Below are positions 49,017 through 61,928 of a DNA stretch of 64,000 nucleotides, one piece after another (position 1 is the first letter of the stretch; each line of letters opens with the position of its first letter). The notes under the pieces are model-generated. The model had not been told where the DNA came from and did not search any database. It saw only the letters and a program-made list of their open reading frames with translations. Origin of the DNA: an uncultured Gammaproteobacteria bacterium. Its GTDB lineage: Bacteria > Pseudomonadota > Gammaproteobacteria > Chromatiales > Chromatiaceae. The translations under genes and the position numbers were made by a program. Location: NCBI GenBank assembly GCA_963780725.1, contig CAWACV010000001.1, forward strand, positions 2,632,346 to 2,696,345, read 5' to 3'.

Positions 49017-49604
49017 TCACATGGCAAAAATATGCTCGACCTTGGGAACGATCCGATTCTTGGAGGCGGCGGCCTTCATGAAGATCACCACCGACTCCAG
49101 CTCCCCGATGACGAGACGCGGGTCGACTCCATTCTCCTCGAAGATCCGCTTGACCTCGCCCCCACACAGATCGATGAGAAAGGCGTCGTCTCGGGCCATT
49201 CCGATTGCCAGCCCGATGAGATAGGGCATCGCCCGGTCGCCCCGCTTGACGGCAATCTTGAGTGCAAACTGCTCCCATGCCTGCATCCAGCGCACCCGCT
49301 CCACATCGCCGATCCGCGACAGATCGGTGCGCAAGAAGAGGATCATGGAGCTCATATTCTTCGACAAGACCTCCGGCGCCACCTTGCGGATGCGCGAGAG
49401 TGCCTTGGTGTGGTGCTCGATACAGTGCTCGCATTGATAATACTGGGCCAGGCTCAAGGCCACGCACTCTTTCTGCTCGAAGGTCAGATAGGTATCCCAG
49501 TGCTCTTCGCCGTCCGTGCCGTCGAACACCATCATGTGCATCAAGCCCATCAGGTCCGAGATGTGCTTGGGAAACACCCTGTCTTTAAAGACTCTACTGC
49601 TCAT
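49017..49604 (-). CDS. Hypothetical protein with AhpD/CMD-like CxxC motif
   Basis: GGAG SD before ATG 49604; EQKECVALSLAQYYQCEHCIEHH resembles the AhpD core. Confidence 0.65.
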   Translation of the reverse strand: MSSRVFKDRVFPKHISDLMGLMHMMVFDGTDGEEHWDTYLTFEQKECVALSLAQYYQCEHCIEHHTKALSRIRKVAPEVLSKNMSSMILFLRTDLSRIGDVERVRWMQAWEQFALKIAVKRGDRAMPYLIGLAIGMARDDAFLIDLCGGEVKRIFEENGVDPRLVIGELESVVIFMKAAASKNRIVPKVEHIFAM

Positions 49605-49778
49605 TGGTACTGCTCCAAAGCGATGCCCGGCCGCTACCGGGTCATCGGTCGATACGCCGACGGATCGGCATTTGCCGTCAGTCGGCAATGGGGTAGACCC
49701 TAAGCGCTCGCGGTCAACCCGTAATGTCCGCTGTGCGGACCGGCCGCCGCTGCCCGGAAGTCCGATCGTCGCCAGATC

Positions 49779-50904
49779 CTACAACACCGCCACGGGATAG
49801 GAGCCGAGCACCTTAAACAGGGTCGAGCTGCGTTGCAGGTGCTCCAGTGCCGCGGCCACCTTGGGCTCCGCCCGGTGACCCGCGATGTCGATGAAGAAGA
49901 CATAGGTCCAGATCCCGCGCCGGGAGGGCCTGGACTCGATTCGGGTCATGTCGATGCCGTGCTCGGCAAGCGGGGTCAGCAGCCCATGGAGCCCGCCGGA
50001 CTCGTTGCGGCAGGACAGTAGCAGGCTGGTCTTGTCCACGCCGCTTGGCGGAGAGTCCTTGGGCCCGATGACCAGAAAGCGGGTGGTATTCCCGGGGTCG
50101 TCCTCGATGCGCTCGGCCAGCACCTTGAGCCCGTAGATCTCGGCCGCAGGCAGACCGGCCACTGCCGCCGCGCCCTCCTCCAAAGAGGCCAGGCGCGCAG
50201 CCTCCGCGTTGCTACCCACCGAGATCCGCTCCGCATGCGGCAGGTGTCGATCCAGCCAGGCCCGGCATTGAGCGAGCGACTGCTGGTGGGAGTACAGGAC
50301 CCGGATGCGGCCGATATCGCCCTCCCGAGACATGAGATGATGATGGATGCGCAGGCTGACCTCGCCCGCAATCATCAATGACGAAGACAAAAAGAGGTCG
50401 AGGGTGTGGCTGATGACCCCCTCGGTGGAGTTCTCCACCGGCACCACCCCAAAGTCGCAGGAACCCGGACTCGACCTCCCGGAAGATGTCCGCGATGGTG
50501 GCCATGGCGATGGTGCGCACCGAGTGCCCGAATTGTTTTAGAGCTGCGGCTTGGGTGAATGTCCCCTCTGGGCCGAGATAGGCGGCCTTGATCGGCTGCT
50601 CCAAGGCCAGGCACGCGGACATGATCTCCCGGAAGAGCCGCGCAACCTCTTCGCCGTCCAATGGACCCGGATTGTCCTGCTTGATCCGCCGCAGGATCGC
50701 CGCCTCCCGCTCCGGACGGTAATACTGGACCGCGCCAGCATCGTTGTTACCCTCAGGCGAGGCGAGTGCGGCGTTCTTGATCCGGCCCACCTCCTGGGCA
50801 CAGCGGGCGCGATCGCTCACCAGACGCAGGATCTCCATATCGATCGCGTCGATACGCTCGCGCACCCGGTTGAGCGCATCGGCCATGGAGGCGGGCTCGG
50901 TCAT
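49779..50904 (-). CDS. pheA: Chorismate mutase/prephenate dehydratase (P-protein), with an apparent +1 frameshift near 50465 (likely sequence error)
   Basis: RERIDAID, YRPERE and YLGPEGTF; then VPVENSTEG, NTTRF and TRIESRP in another frame; span is 3n+1. Confidence 0.9.
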
Positions 50905-50928
50905 GATAGGTCCCGGGGCGCGCGCGCT

Positions 50929-52104
50929 TTACTTGGAGGCGCCGAGGCAGCGTACCGAGAGCACGCCCGGAATGGCCCGGATCTGCTCCACCGTCGCCTT
51001 GGGGCACTTCTGGTCGACGTCGATCAGGGTCACTGCCACATCCCCCCGGGAGCGGTTCAGCATGTCCAGGATATTGAGCCCGGACTGGGCCAGGTCCGTG
51101 GAGATCTGACCGACCATATTCGGCACGTTGCTGTTGACGATGGCCATGCGGTGCCCGCCGTTGCGCGGCAGGTTGATCTCCGGGAAGTTCACCGAGTTTG
51201 TCACGGTGCCGTCTTCCAGATACTCGCGCACCTGATCCGCGACCATGACGGCACAGTTGTCCTCGGCCTCCTCCGTGGAGGCGCCCAGATGCGGCAGAGT
51301 CACCACACGCGGGTGATCCTTGAGCAGATTGCTCGGGAAGTCGCAACAATAGGCATAGAGATGGCCTTGGTCCAGTGCGGTGACCACTGCGTCGTCGTCC
51401 AGGATGCCCTCGCGCGAGAAATTCAGCAGCACCGCGCCTTTCTTCAGGATCTTGATACGCTCGGCATTGATCATGTGCCGGGTCTCCTCGGTGAGCGGCA
51501 CATGGAAGGTCACGAAGTCCGAGCGCGAGAGCAGGTCGTCGATCGAGATCGCCGGCTGCACGTCGCTCGCCAACTGCCAGGCACGCGCGACCGTGATGGT
51601 CGGGTCATAGCCCACGACCTTCATGCCAAGCGCGCGGGCGGCATTCGCCACCTTGACCCCGATCGCCCCAAGCCCGATGACGCCCAAGGTGCGGCCTGGG
51701 AGCTCGAAGCCCACGAAGTGCTTCTTGCCGGACTCCACGGCCTTGTTGATCGCTGCATCGTCGCCGGACAGCCCCCGGGCGAAGGTCCAGGCCTGGCCGA
51801 TGTTGCGGGCGGCGATCAGCATGCCGGCGATCACCAGCTCCTTGACGGCATTGGCATTGGCACCCGGCGCATTGAACACCGCGATGCCGCGGGCGGTCAT
51901 CGCCGGGACCGGGATATTATTGACCCCGGCACCGGCACGGCCGATCGCCTTCAGGGTCTCCGGGATCGGCATGTCGTGCATCTTGGCCGACCGCACCAGG
52001 ATCGCGTCCGGGTGGGCGATCTCGGAGGCGATCTCGTAGGAGTCCCGCGGCAGCCGGTCGAGACCGGCGACCGAGATGTTATTGAGCGTCTGGATCTTGA
52101 ACAT
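50929..52104 (-). CDS. serA: D-3-phosphoglycerate dehydrogenase
   Basis: RAGAGVNNI, NAPGANANAV, GLGAIG, HVP, PHLGAST and a C-terminal ACT domain; follows serC. Confidence 0.9.
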   Translation of the reverse strand: MFKIQTLNNISVAGLDRLPRDSYEIASEIAHPDAILVRSAKMHDMPIPETLKAIGRAGAGVNNIPVPAMTARGIAVFNAPGANANAVKELVIAGMLIAARNIGQAWTFARGLSGDDAAINKAVESGKKHFVGFELPGRTLGVIGLGAIGVKVANAARALGMKVVGYDPTITVARAWQLASDVQPAISIDDLLSRSDFVTFHVPLTEETRHMINAERIKILKKGAVLLNFSREGILDDDAVVTALDQGHLYAYCCDFPSNLLKDHPRVVTLPHLGASTEEAEDNCAVMVADQVREYLEDGTVTNSVNFPEINLPRNGGHRMAIVNSNVPNMVGQISTDLAQSGLNILDMLNRSRGDVAVTLIDVDQKCPKATVEQIRAIPGVLSVRCLGASK

Positions 52105-52146
52105 GGGTTGTATGCGCCGGATCGATAGAAGTAAAAGATTCCAAGG

Positions 52147-52215
52147 GAAGGGCCAAGGACCAAGGGCCGAGGCTCGGTGCTCGCGGCGAGCGTCTTCCTT
52201 GGCCCTCGGCCCTTC
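52147..52215. repeat. Inverted pair of heptamer arrays (GGGCCAA/CCTTGGC type) between serC and serA
   Basis: GAAGGGCCAAGGACCAAGGGCCGAGG ... CCTTGGCCCTCGGCCCTTC; same unit as at 38530. Confidence 0.65.
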
Positions 52216-52216
52216 T

Positions 52217-53299
52217 TTAGCCCCGCGTGCGCTCGAACTCTTTCATGAAGGAGACGAGTGCCTGCACGCCCTCCTCCGGCATGGCGTTATAGATGCTCGC
52301 TCGCATCCCGCCCACCGAGCGGTGGCCTTTGAGCGTCACCAGCCCCTGCGCCTTGGCCTCCTTAAGGAATATATCGTCCAGCTCCGGGTTGGGGAGCGTA
52401 AAGGGCACATTCATCCAGGAGCGGGAGTCTGGCTGCACCGGGTTCGTATAGAATCCGGAGGCGTCGATGGCAGCGTAGAGCAGCCCCGCCTTGCGCTTGT
52501 TGACCGCAGCCATGCCCTCGAGCCCGCCCAAACCCTTCAACCACTTGAACACCAGGCCAGCCAGATACCAGGCATAGGTCGGCGGGGTGTTGTACATCGA
52601 GTCGTTGTCGGCATGGATCTTGTAATCCAGCATGGTCGGGGTGCCGGCGAGCGGCTGGCCGATCAGGTCGTCTCGGACGATCACGATGGTGAGCCCAGCG
52701 GGGCCGATATTCTTCTGGGCACCGGCATAAACGAGCCCGAAGCGCGACATGTCGATGGGCCGGGACAGGAGCGTGGAGGACATGTCCGCCACCAGCGGCT
52801 TGCCTCCGACCTCGGGGACATAGGGGAATTCGACGCCCTCGATGGTCTCGTTGGGGGTGTAATGGACATAGGCCGCATCGGCGGAGAGCTTGAGCTCGGC
52901 CTGGGCGGGGGCGCGGCTGAACTTCTCGGCCTCGGTGGTGGCGACGACGTTCGCCTTGCCGAAATGGCGCGCCTCCGAGATCGCCTTCTTGGACCAGGAG
53001 CCGGTATTGATGTAATCCGCGCACTCCTGGCCCCGCAGCAGGTTCATGGGCACCATCGCGAATTGAGTCGATGCACCGCCCTGAAGGAAGAGCACCTTGT
53101 AATTGGCAGGCACCGCGAGCAGCTTGCGCAGATCCGCCTCGGCCTCCGCGGCGATGGCCATGAACTCCTTACCCCGGTGGCTCATCTCGGCCACGCACAT
53201 GCCGCTCTTGTGCCAGTCCAGCATCTCCTCTTGGGCCTGCTTGAGGACCGACTCCGGCAACATGGCCGGACCGGCACTGAAGTTATAGACGCGTGACAT
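52217..53299 (-). CDS. serC: Phosphoserine aminotransferase
   Basis: [32 protein letters not shown] and [15 protein letters not shown]. Confidence 0.97.
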   Translation of the reverse strand: MSRVYNFSAGPAMLPESVLKQAQEEMLDWHKSGMCVAEMSHRGKEFMAIAAEAEADLRKLLAVPANYKVLFLQGGASTQFAMVPMNLLRGQECADYINTGSWSKKAISEARHFGKANVVATTEAEKFSRAPAQAELKLSADAAYVHYTPNETIEGVEFPYVPEVGGKPLVADMSSTLLSRPIDMSRFGLVYAGAQKNIGPAGLTIVIVRDDLIGQPLAGTPTMLDYKIHADNDSMYNTPPTYAWYLAGLVFKWLKGLGGLEGMAAVNKRKAGLLYAAIDASGFYTNPVQPDSRSWMNVPFTLPNPELDDIFLKEAKAQGLVTLKGHRSVGGMRASIYNAMPEEGVQALVSFMKEFERTRG

Positions 53300-53368
53300 G
53301 CTCAATCTCCGCTGGGTGAATTCTGTCGATCGGTATTGTTCGTTAGCCCCGGGACCCGGGACCAATTC

Positions 53369-56051
<2,683 letters not shown>

Positions 56052-56288
56052 GGGGGATGGGGCTTCCGGGCTGCACGTCGGCCGCGCGGCCCCCGGGAGT
56101 CGGGGCGGCGGCTAAGGGGGCGTTACAAGGGCGCGAATTCTACCATGCTGCGGGCCAAGGCCCCACCCGAGGAGGCGGTTCGCGAGCGGTTCCGCCGCGA
56201 TAGGCGGGCGTCGACAACAAGCGGGGGGCGCCGCCGGTGTGGGGCCGGGTCTTGCCCGACTGCTGCACCACCCCCGCCCCATTGAATT

Positions 56289-56726
56289 CTAACCGAAGAA
56301 TCTGCTCAACGTTCTCTTTATCCAGCCTCTATTCATCATCCTGTCTGCATAAGGCGCATAATCCTTATCGTCGTTCTTGATGTGGTTAGTGAGCCAAATC
56401 TGCAGCTCCGACATCAACTTTCTGGAAACGTCTTTTCCGGAATCATGCTCCTCCACGTATCTTGTTACGTGGGAAACAAATGCATCATGAACCTTCTTAT
56501 GCGATTCAGAAAGGGGATAGCCTGCCTGATTCATCAGCTCTTCTTCGAAGGCGAAATGGGTACGCGTGTAATCGACCAATCCCATTAGCACTTGCGTCAC
56601 TTTGCTTGGATCTTTTACCCGTCTCGCCACGTCCAGCTCGTTGATGTAATCGACGATCCGGCGGTGTTGGGCATCGATAATATCGATACCGACAGAGAGG
56701 GATGAATTCCAGGACCAGTAGCTCAT
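56289..56726 (-). CDS. Bacteriohemerythrin
   Basis: All di-iron ligands are present: QH, HFAFEE, HKKVH and WLTNHIKNDD. Confidence 0.92.
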   Translation of the reverse strand: MSYWSWNSSLSVGIDIIDAQHRRIVDYINELDVARRVKDPSKVTQVLMGLVDYTRTHFAFEEELMNQAGYPLSESHKKVHDAFVSHVTRYVEEHDSGKDVSRKLMSELQIWLTNHIKNDDKDYAPYADRMMNRGWIKRTLSRFFG

Positions 56727-56775
56727 TGTATTTCCCCGCGCTTATGCGTAACGTCTAGTATATCGGGCCAGGCTC

Positions 56776-58359
56776 GAATGGCACTGACTTAAGCGCTCGC
56801 TACTCTATAAATCAATCGGTTGCGCATGAAAACCCGATGCCCTCCCACGCCGTTTCACTTTGCCTTCTTCGGGTGCCCGTAGAGTCGAACGTCCTCCCGG
56901 GCCAGCGCCCGGGGCTGCATCAGCAGCGGGAAGTTGCGCGGTCGTCGCTTCAGCGCCCGCGGCTCGATACGGCCGGGACGCAAGCCGACGCGCGGTTGCG
57001 CCATCAGGGCAAGCAGGGCCGCCAGGTCGGACGCCGCGCCGAGGCGGTCGCGGTAATACTGCCAGAGAAGCCACAATTGCACGGCGTGTTTGAAGCTGAG
57101 CTGGCGGGGGACCTGGTCGGCCAGCAGCGCCGACTGCGCCATCAGGAGACGGATCAGGTTATAGGCGAGCAGGTAGACCCAGATCTCCTTCTCCACCATC
57201 GCCGGGCTCTTGCAGGAGAGTCGCTCCATGCCGAGGGTGGTCTTGATGTTCCTCAGATCGAGCTCGACGTTCCAGCGCCGTTTGTAGAGGGCGGCGATCG
57301 CCGGCTTCGGGTAGCGGCGGGGGCACCGCAGGGTCGCGACCAGGATCTTGCCCCCGGCGGCCAGCTCGCGCACCGTCAGGGTGGCCGGCACGGCGGCGAA
57401 GTCGGCCGGATCCATCCAATCCGGGCGTTCGGGCCGATGCAGCACGAGCAGATGGTCGCGCGCGCCAAGCTGTTGGCCAAGCGCGAAATTCGTAGTGCGC
57501 CGACGGGCGCCGTACTGCTCGAAGACCCCGTCGATGCCGCCCGCGGCCAGCGCGCACAGCAGGAAATAGGTCGGAAAGAAGGCGTCGCCCACCAAGACAT
57601 CGCCCGCTTGCAGATGCGGGGAGAGTTTGCGCAGCAACGTCTGCTCGTCGCTGCCCTTGCCCTCGCAGGGGGCGATCGCCGCGTCGCACAGGGCACCGCT
57701 GCCCAAGCTCACCAAGCCGACCATGCGGCACTGCGGAAACCCCAAACCCGGCGCCTGGGTGGCGGGCTGCGGCCAGCGGATTCGGTTGGCCAGGGTGTCG
57801 GGCATCGACAGCGACGTGCCGTCGACCAACCACGCCCGGCGGTTCTGCCACCGCCAGTGCTTGGGGATCGCGTCGGCCACCAGCGCGCCGGTCTCGCGCG
57901 CCAGCGTCATGGGTATGTCGATCGGCAGGCGCTTGCGCGCCTTGCAATAGCCGCCGGTGTCGGTACTGCAGGGCGGCAGGTCCCGCGCCAAGCGCCCGAG
58001 CGCCTCGGCATCGACCGCCCGTTGGCACGAGCGGTCCGCCGAGAGCACCTGATTGCAGAACATCGACAGCACCTTTGCGTCCGGAAACAATCGGTTGCGG
58101 TGCTTCGGCGACAGTGCGGCGGTGCCGTCCAGGAGGTGCGGACCGGCGAGGAGGTCGAAAAATGCGTCGGAATCGGGCTGCTCGGTGCATGTCTGCACGC
58201 GCAGTTGGACGGCTCTCGTCTGCGGTCCGCAATGCATCGTGGCTGGCCCCCTCGGGTGGCAGGTTGCTCTATCGCACCCTACAGATTACCACTTGGGGTG
58301 GTCGACCCCCGCTTTTATCCAACTTTTTTCAGATGGTTGGGCTTAAGTCAGTGCCATTC
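56776..58359 (-). mobile_element. Complete IS4-family insertion sequence (1584 bp)
   Basis: 19-bp perfect TIR GAATGGCACTGACTTAAGC at both ends; 11-bp direct repeat GGGCCAGGCTC at 56765-56775 and 58360-58370. Confidence 0.93.
56855..58237 (-). CDS. IS4-family DDE transposase
   Basis: LVDGT, VGDAFF and the YREK motif YKRRWNVELDLRNIK. Confidence 0.92.
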   Translation of the reverse strand: MHCGPQTRAVQLRVQTCTEQPDSDAFFDLLAGPHLLDGTAALSPKHRNRLFPDAKVLSMFCNQVLSADRSCQRAVDAEALGRLARDLPPCSTDTGGYCKARKRLPIDIPMTLARETGALVADAIPKHWRWQNRRAWLVDGTSLSMPDTLANRIRWPQPATQAPGLGFPQCRMVGLVSLGSGALCDAAIAPCEGKGSDEQTLLRKLSPHLQAGDVLVGDAFFPTYFLLCALAAGGIDGVFEQYGARRRTTNFALGQQLGARDHLLVLHRPERPDWMDPADFAAVPATLTVRELAAGGKILVATLRCPRRYPKPAIAALYKRRWNVELDLRNIKTTLGMERLSCKSPAMVEKEIWVYLLAYNLIRLLMAQSALLADQVPRQLSFKHAVQLWLLWQYYRDRLGAASDLAALLALMAQPRVGLRPGRIEPRALKRRPRNFPLLMQPRALAREDVRLYGHPKKAK

Positions 58360-58779
58360 GGGCCAGGCTCGGATGTCGGGCGCGGTGTCCATGCACCCCG
58401 GATTAACGCCTCGTCTGCCAACCCCTGGCGCGTCGGCTGGCAGCATGTGTCAGGTTGTCTTTCTCGGCAACCGCATGTGAACGGCTGTAACCAGATTTAC
58501 CGTATGGTTTTTCCGCACCTCAACCGCATAGGGCCCAAGGCCCGGCTTCGATCGGAGTTTACGCGAGCTCGGGTGTTCCGGGTGAGCAGGACCTCAGACA
58601 GCGTGCGCCGGTTGGCAAAAGCGGGCGGCGACGCGCCGCGCCCCGGTGCGATGACAATGAATTCGCCGCTCCTGCCAGGCGCTCGCGTCTCGCTTGTGGT
58701 GGAATGCGCACCGCGCCACTTGGCTCGCAAACGGCTGGCGCCGAACCTTCCATCCCAGACCGGCATCGGAGAGCGACTC

Positions 58780-59802
58780 GTGTCCCTGGATCAAGTACGG
58801 CAGGCACAAGAGCGCCCGCCAGCGCCCTCGCACACCGCCGCCGAGGCATTCGCGCGCCCGAGCGCCTTGAATCTGGAATCGGCCACCCTGCGCTGTCCCA
58901 AGTGCGGCGAAGAGCAGCCGCCCGCCGAGCTCTGTCGCCGCTGCGGGATTGCGTTCGCCAAATTCAGGCAATCGGAAAGACAGACCCGGGGGCCGCTGCG
59001 CCCGGTCGCGGCGCCGTCCGGGGAGACGACCTTTCCCTACCGCCTGGTCAATCGGCTCGTGCTGCTGGTCTTTCTCTCGGGGCTGGGGGTCGCGATCTGG
59101 AGTCATTGGAAGAAGGACCAATTGCCTCCGCCAGGCTTCTACGACACCGCGCAGCTGGAAGCGCCGCTCCAGACGCCGACCGACTCGCGGCCATTCGAGA
59201 TCGAGGCCCAGGGAATCCGTTACACCATCGAGCCGCTGTTCGACTATCGGCTCGAGGGCGTGGTAGTCAGCCTGCACGACGCCGACGAGTTGGGCGGCAT
59301 CTACCACTTCAAGGAGTGGAAAGACTTCATCAATATCCGCGACCTGTGCGTCGTCTGGGGGGACAATGTCGCCACCGGCGTCTTTCGGGAAATGCAGTAC
59401 CGAAACAGCACCTGGACCTGCTGGATCTCCACCGACGACGCCCTCGCCGCCCGGCGCTTCGCCTGGGACCAGCTTTCGAACAACCATTTGCTGAGCCACG
59501 ACCCCGCCATCCAGGAGGCGATCAAGTCCGCCGAGATCGGCGATCGCATCCGGCTGACGGGCCAGCTGGCCCGGTACTCGCATGCGGGGGGCTTCAGCCG
59601 CGGGTCCAGCGTCACCCGTACCGATACCGGTAACGGGGCCTGCGAGACCATCCATGTGGACCGCTTCGAGATCGTCCGCAAATCCAATACCGGATGGCGC
59701 TTGACCTATCGGGTCTCGGTCGCCGTCACCCTCGCCGCACTGCTGGGACTTGCGGTGCTCTTCTTCGTGGCGCCGTACAATCCGGCCAGGCGCTCGCGCT
59801 GA
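58780..59802 (+). CDS. Hypothetical membrane-anchored protein with N-terminal zinc ribbon
   Basis: CPKC..CRRC, a TM helix, a globular domain (DLCVVWG, SNNHL, TGNGACE) and a C-terminal TM. Start is GTG 58780 (GGAGAG SD) or ATG 58651. Confidence 0.7.
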   Translation: MSLDQVRQAQERPPAPSHTAAEAFARPSALNLESATLRCPKCGEEQPPAELCRRCGIAFAKFRQSERQTRGPLRPVAAPSGETTFPYRLVNRLVLLVFLSGLGVAIWSHWKKDQLPPPGFYDTAQLEAPLQTPTDSRPFEIEAQGIRYTIEPLFDYRLEGVVVSLHDADELGGIYHFKEWKDFINIRDLCVVWGDNVATGVFREMQYRNSTWTCWISTDDALAARRFAWDQLSNNHLLSHDPAIQEAIKSAEIGDRIRLTGQLARYSHAGGFSRGSSVTRTDTGNGACETIHVDRFEIVRKSNTGWRLTYRVSVAVTLAALLGLAVLFFVAPYNPARRSR

Positions 59803-59918
59803 AGCAAGCGGCGCCAGGCAATGGCGAATCGCCCTGAGGGCATCCGCTTTGCCAGCCCCGGTGAAGCCGGTCGGTCAGTGGCCGAGCAAGATTAGCGGCC
59901 GAGCGTCCGGTCCTGGAA

Positions 59919-61154
59919 TCAGGGGCTGGCGAAGAGCTCCCGCACCGTATCCGGGATCGCGCCCTTGGGAACCAGACTCACGCCGTTCTCCAGGGCGTAG
60001 ATGCCGAACCACTCCTCCGGGTCCCCGTCGTTGAGACCTTGGGAGTCGTCCGGGGTATCGCCGCTCTTCCACCACTCGTCATGCAGCTCGAAGAAGGCCA
60101 CCCCGACGATGCGCTCGTGGCCCTTGGCGGTGTGGACATCCCGCCAAACCGATCGGAACGTCTTGGGGACATCCTCAACCCGGTGTCCGCCGAATCCGGG
60201 CACCCAGGGTTTCGGCTCGTAGGGCGAGGTGGACAGGCCCACCTGAGTGATGAAGATCGGCTTGTCGGTCATGGCGGTCAGACCCTCCAGATAGCCCTGG
60301 TAGGCGGTGCCGGTGACGGAGCCCGGGGGCGAGGTGACCACACCCCGGGCATAGGTGTAGACGTTGATGCACACCAGGTCCCCCATGTCGGGCATCAGTG
60401 CGCTCGCGGGAGGGACTTCCAGATCCGGACGATCGGCCAGCGGGCCCACATGAGTGAAGCTGGTGTGGCAATAGAGATGGCGCCGGCCGTAACGGGTCAG
60501 CTCGTAGTCCATCGCCGCATCGATCACGCGGGCGAGCGCGACCTCGGTAGGGGTGCGGCCAGTGACCTTCAGATGCTTGCCTCGATAGTCGTGCACATCC
60601 GGGTGTTGGCGGTCGGTCTCGGCGATGGACTTGCGGTTGAGCTCGTCGCCGACGGAGAACAGGACCAGCCGGTCTGGCCGCCCCGCCGCATAGGTTTGGT
60701 CGATCGTGGCGCGCACGCTGGCCAGGGTCGACTCCTGAAATTCGTCGGCCAGGAAATCCGGCGCATGCGGATCGATCCAAATGTCCTGACCGTAAACCAG
60801 GTCCGCCTCGTCCAGCGCCCTAAAGAACGCCTCGGGCATCGGCCGCTGAAAGACATGCAGATAGTTCGCGTTGAGCCTTCGGACCAGTGCCAGGTGCTCG
60901 GAGTAACGGCCGTCGTTGGGCAGCCGGTTATGCAGCACGGGGGATTCTCCGCGCAGATAGGGGGAGTAGCCAATGCCGCGAAAGCGGATCGGTGCGTCGC
61001 CCTGGTTGCGGTCGACGATCGCCGAGCCGCGAACGGCGAAGCGCGTGGGCTCGGGGGTATCCGCCAAGACCCGGGAGGTCTTGTCGGCCAGGGCCGGGAT
61101 GGAGAGCACCGCGAGCAGTGCGGCGATCGACAGGGGTAAGGCGCGTGCAGTCAT
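59919..61154 (-). CDS. Secreted clan GH-A-like TIM-barrel glycoside hydrolase homolog
   Basis: Signal peptide; RGIGYSP, SVGDEL, CINVY, KPIFITQVG, FELHDEWWK and EEWFGI. Confidence 0.7.
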   Translation of the reverse strand: MTARALPLSIAALLAVLSIPALADKTSRVLADTPEPTRFAVRGSAIVDRNQGDAPIRFRGIGYSPYLRGESPVLHNRLPNDGRYSEHLALVRRLNANYLHVFQRPMPEAFFRALDEADLVYGQDIWIDPHAPDFLADEFQESTLASVRATIDQTYAAGRPDRLVLFSVGDELNRKSIAETDRQHPDVHDYRGKHLKVTGRTPTEVALARVIDAAMDYELTRYGRRHLYCHTSFTHVGPLADRPDLEVPPASALMPDMGDLVCINVYTYARGVVTSPPGSVTGTAYQGYLEGLTAMTDKPIFITQVGLSTSPYEPKPWVPGFGGHRVEDVPKTFRSVWRDVHTAKGHERIVGVAFFELHDEWWKSGDTPDDSQGLNDGDPEEWFGIYALENGVSLVPKGAIPDTVRELFASP

Positions 61155-61388
61155 CTAGGGTGTCTTGGAAAGGCGGTGGCTTAAATTGCGCCCGCGGTCC
61201 CGAGTCGCATCGGCGGCCCCTTTCCGGCGCCCAAAGGCCGGAGACGGGACACACGACTCTTAGGTCGGGCAAAGACTCCAGGGTAGAGGAAGGGTTAAGG
61301 TCCGGTAAAGGGATAGACATCCCGGATGCGCAAGAGGCGCAGTCCAGCGGCCGGGCCTGACGACCCGGTCGCTTGGCGCTCTTGGGGC

Positions 61389-61607
61389 CTACTTGCCCGC
61401 GGCCGTTTCGTCCTTGTTGGTGCTGAAGTCGAGGGCTTTGTAGGCCGGGCAGAAACGTAGGTAGGCGGTGGCGATCAGCACCGCGCCGATCACCCCAACC
61501 ACCCAGCTACCGCCGCGAGCGGCGCCGACGATCAGGAGAGCGCCCACAATGACTCGGGCGATGCGATCGGTCTTGCCAACGTTGTGCGTAGAGATGTCGA
61601 ACTTCAT
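61389..61607 (-). CDS. DUF2892 (YgaP-like) small membrane protein
   Basis: NVGKTDRIARVIVG and FCPAY. Confidence 0.85.
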   Translation of the reverse strand: MKFDISTHNVGKTDRIARVIVGALLIVGAARGGSWVVGVIGAVLIATAYLRFCPAYKALDFSTNKDETAAGK

Positions 61608-61928
61608 GACGGATGCTCCAGTCGATATCGATAGACCCTTAGACCCTTGCCTCCCTGCCGGATCGGCCCGCCGCCGGACCGGTCCGGTCCGAGCCGCGGG
61701 TCCGCTCCTTCCCAGCCGCCGTGGGGCGGTTGGGAAACCCTGACATAATGTAGTGGATAACGGCCCGATGTTGTACGAGCGAATACTCGCGACTTGGCTC
61801 TGTGGCAAACGACCCTGCCGCTTGGCAGGAAATCGGACCGGCCTGCTCGGCGGCCGCCAGGGCCGCGCACGGCGGAATGGGCCCTGAAGTCGTCGTTGCG
61901 ATGGATTGAGCGAGCCTTTGGGCCGCAC

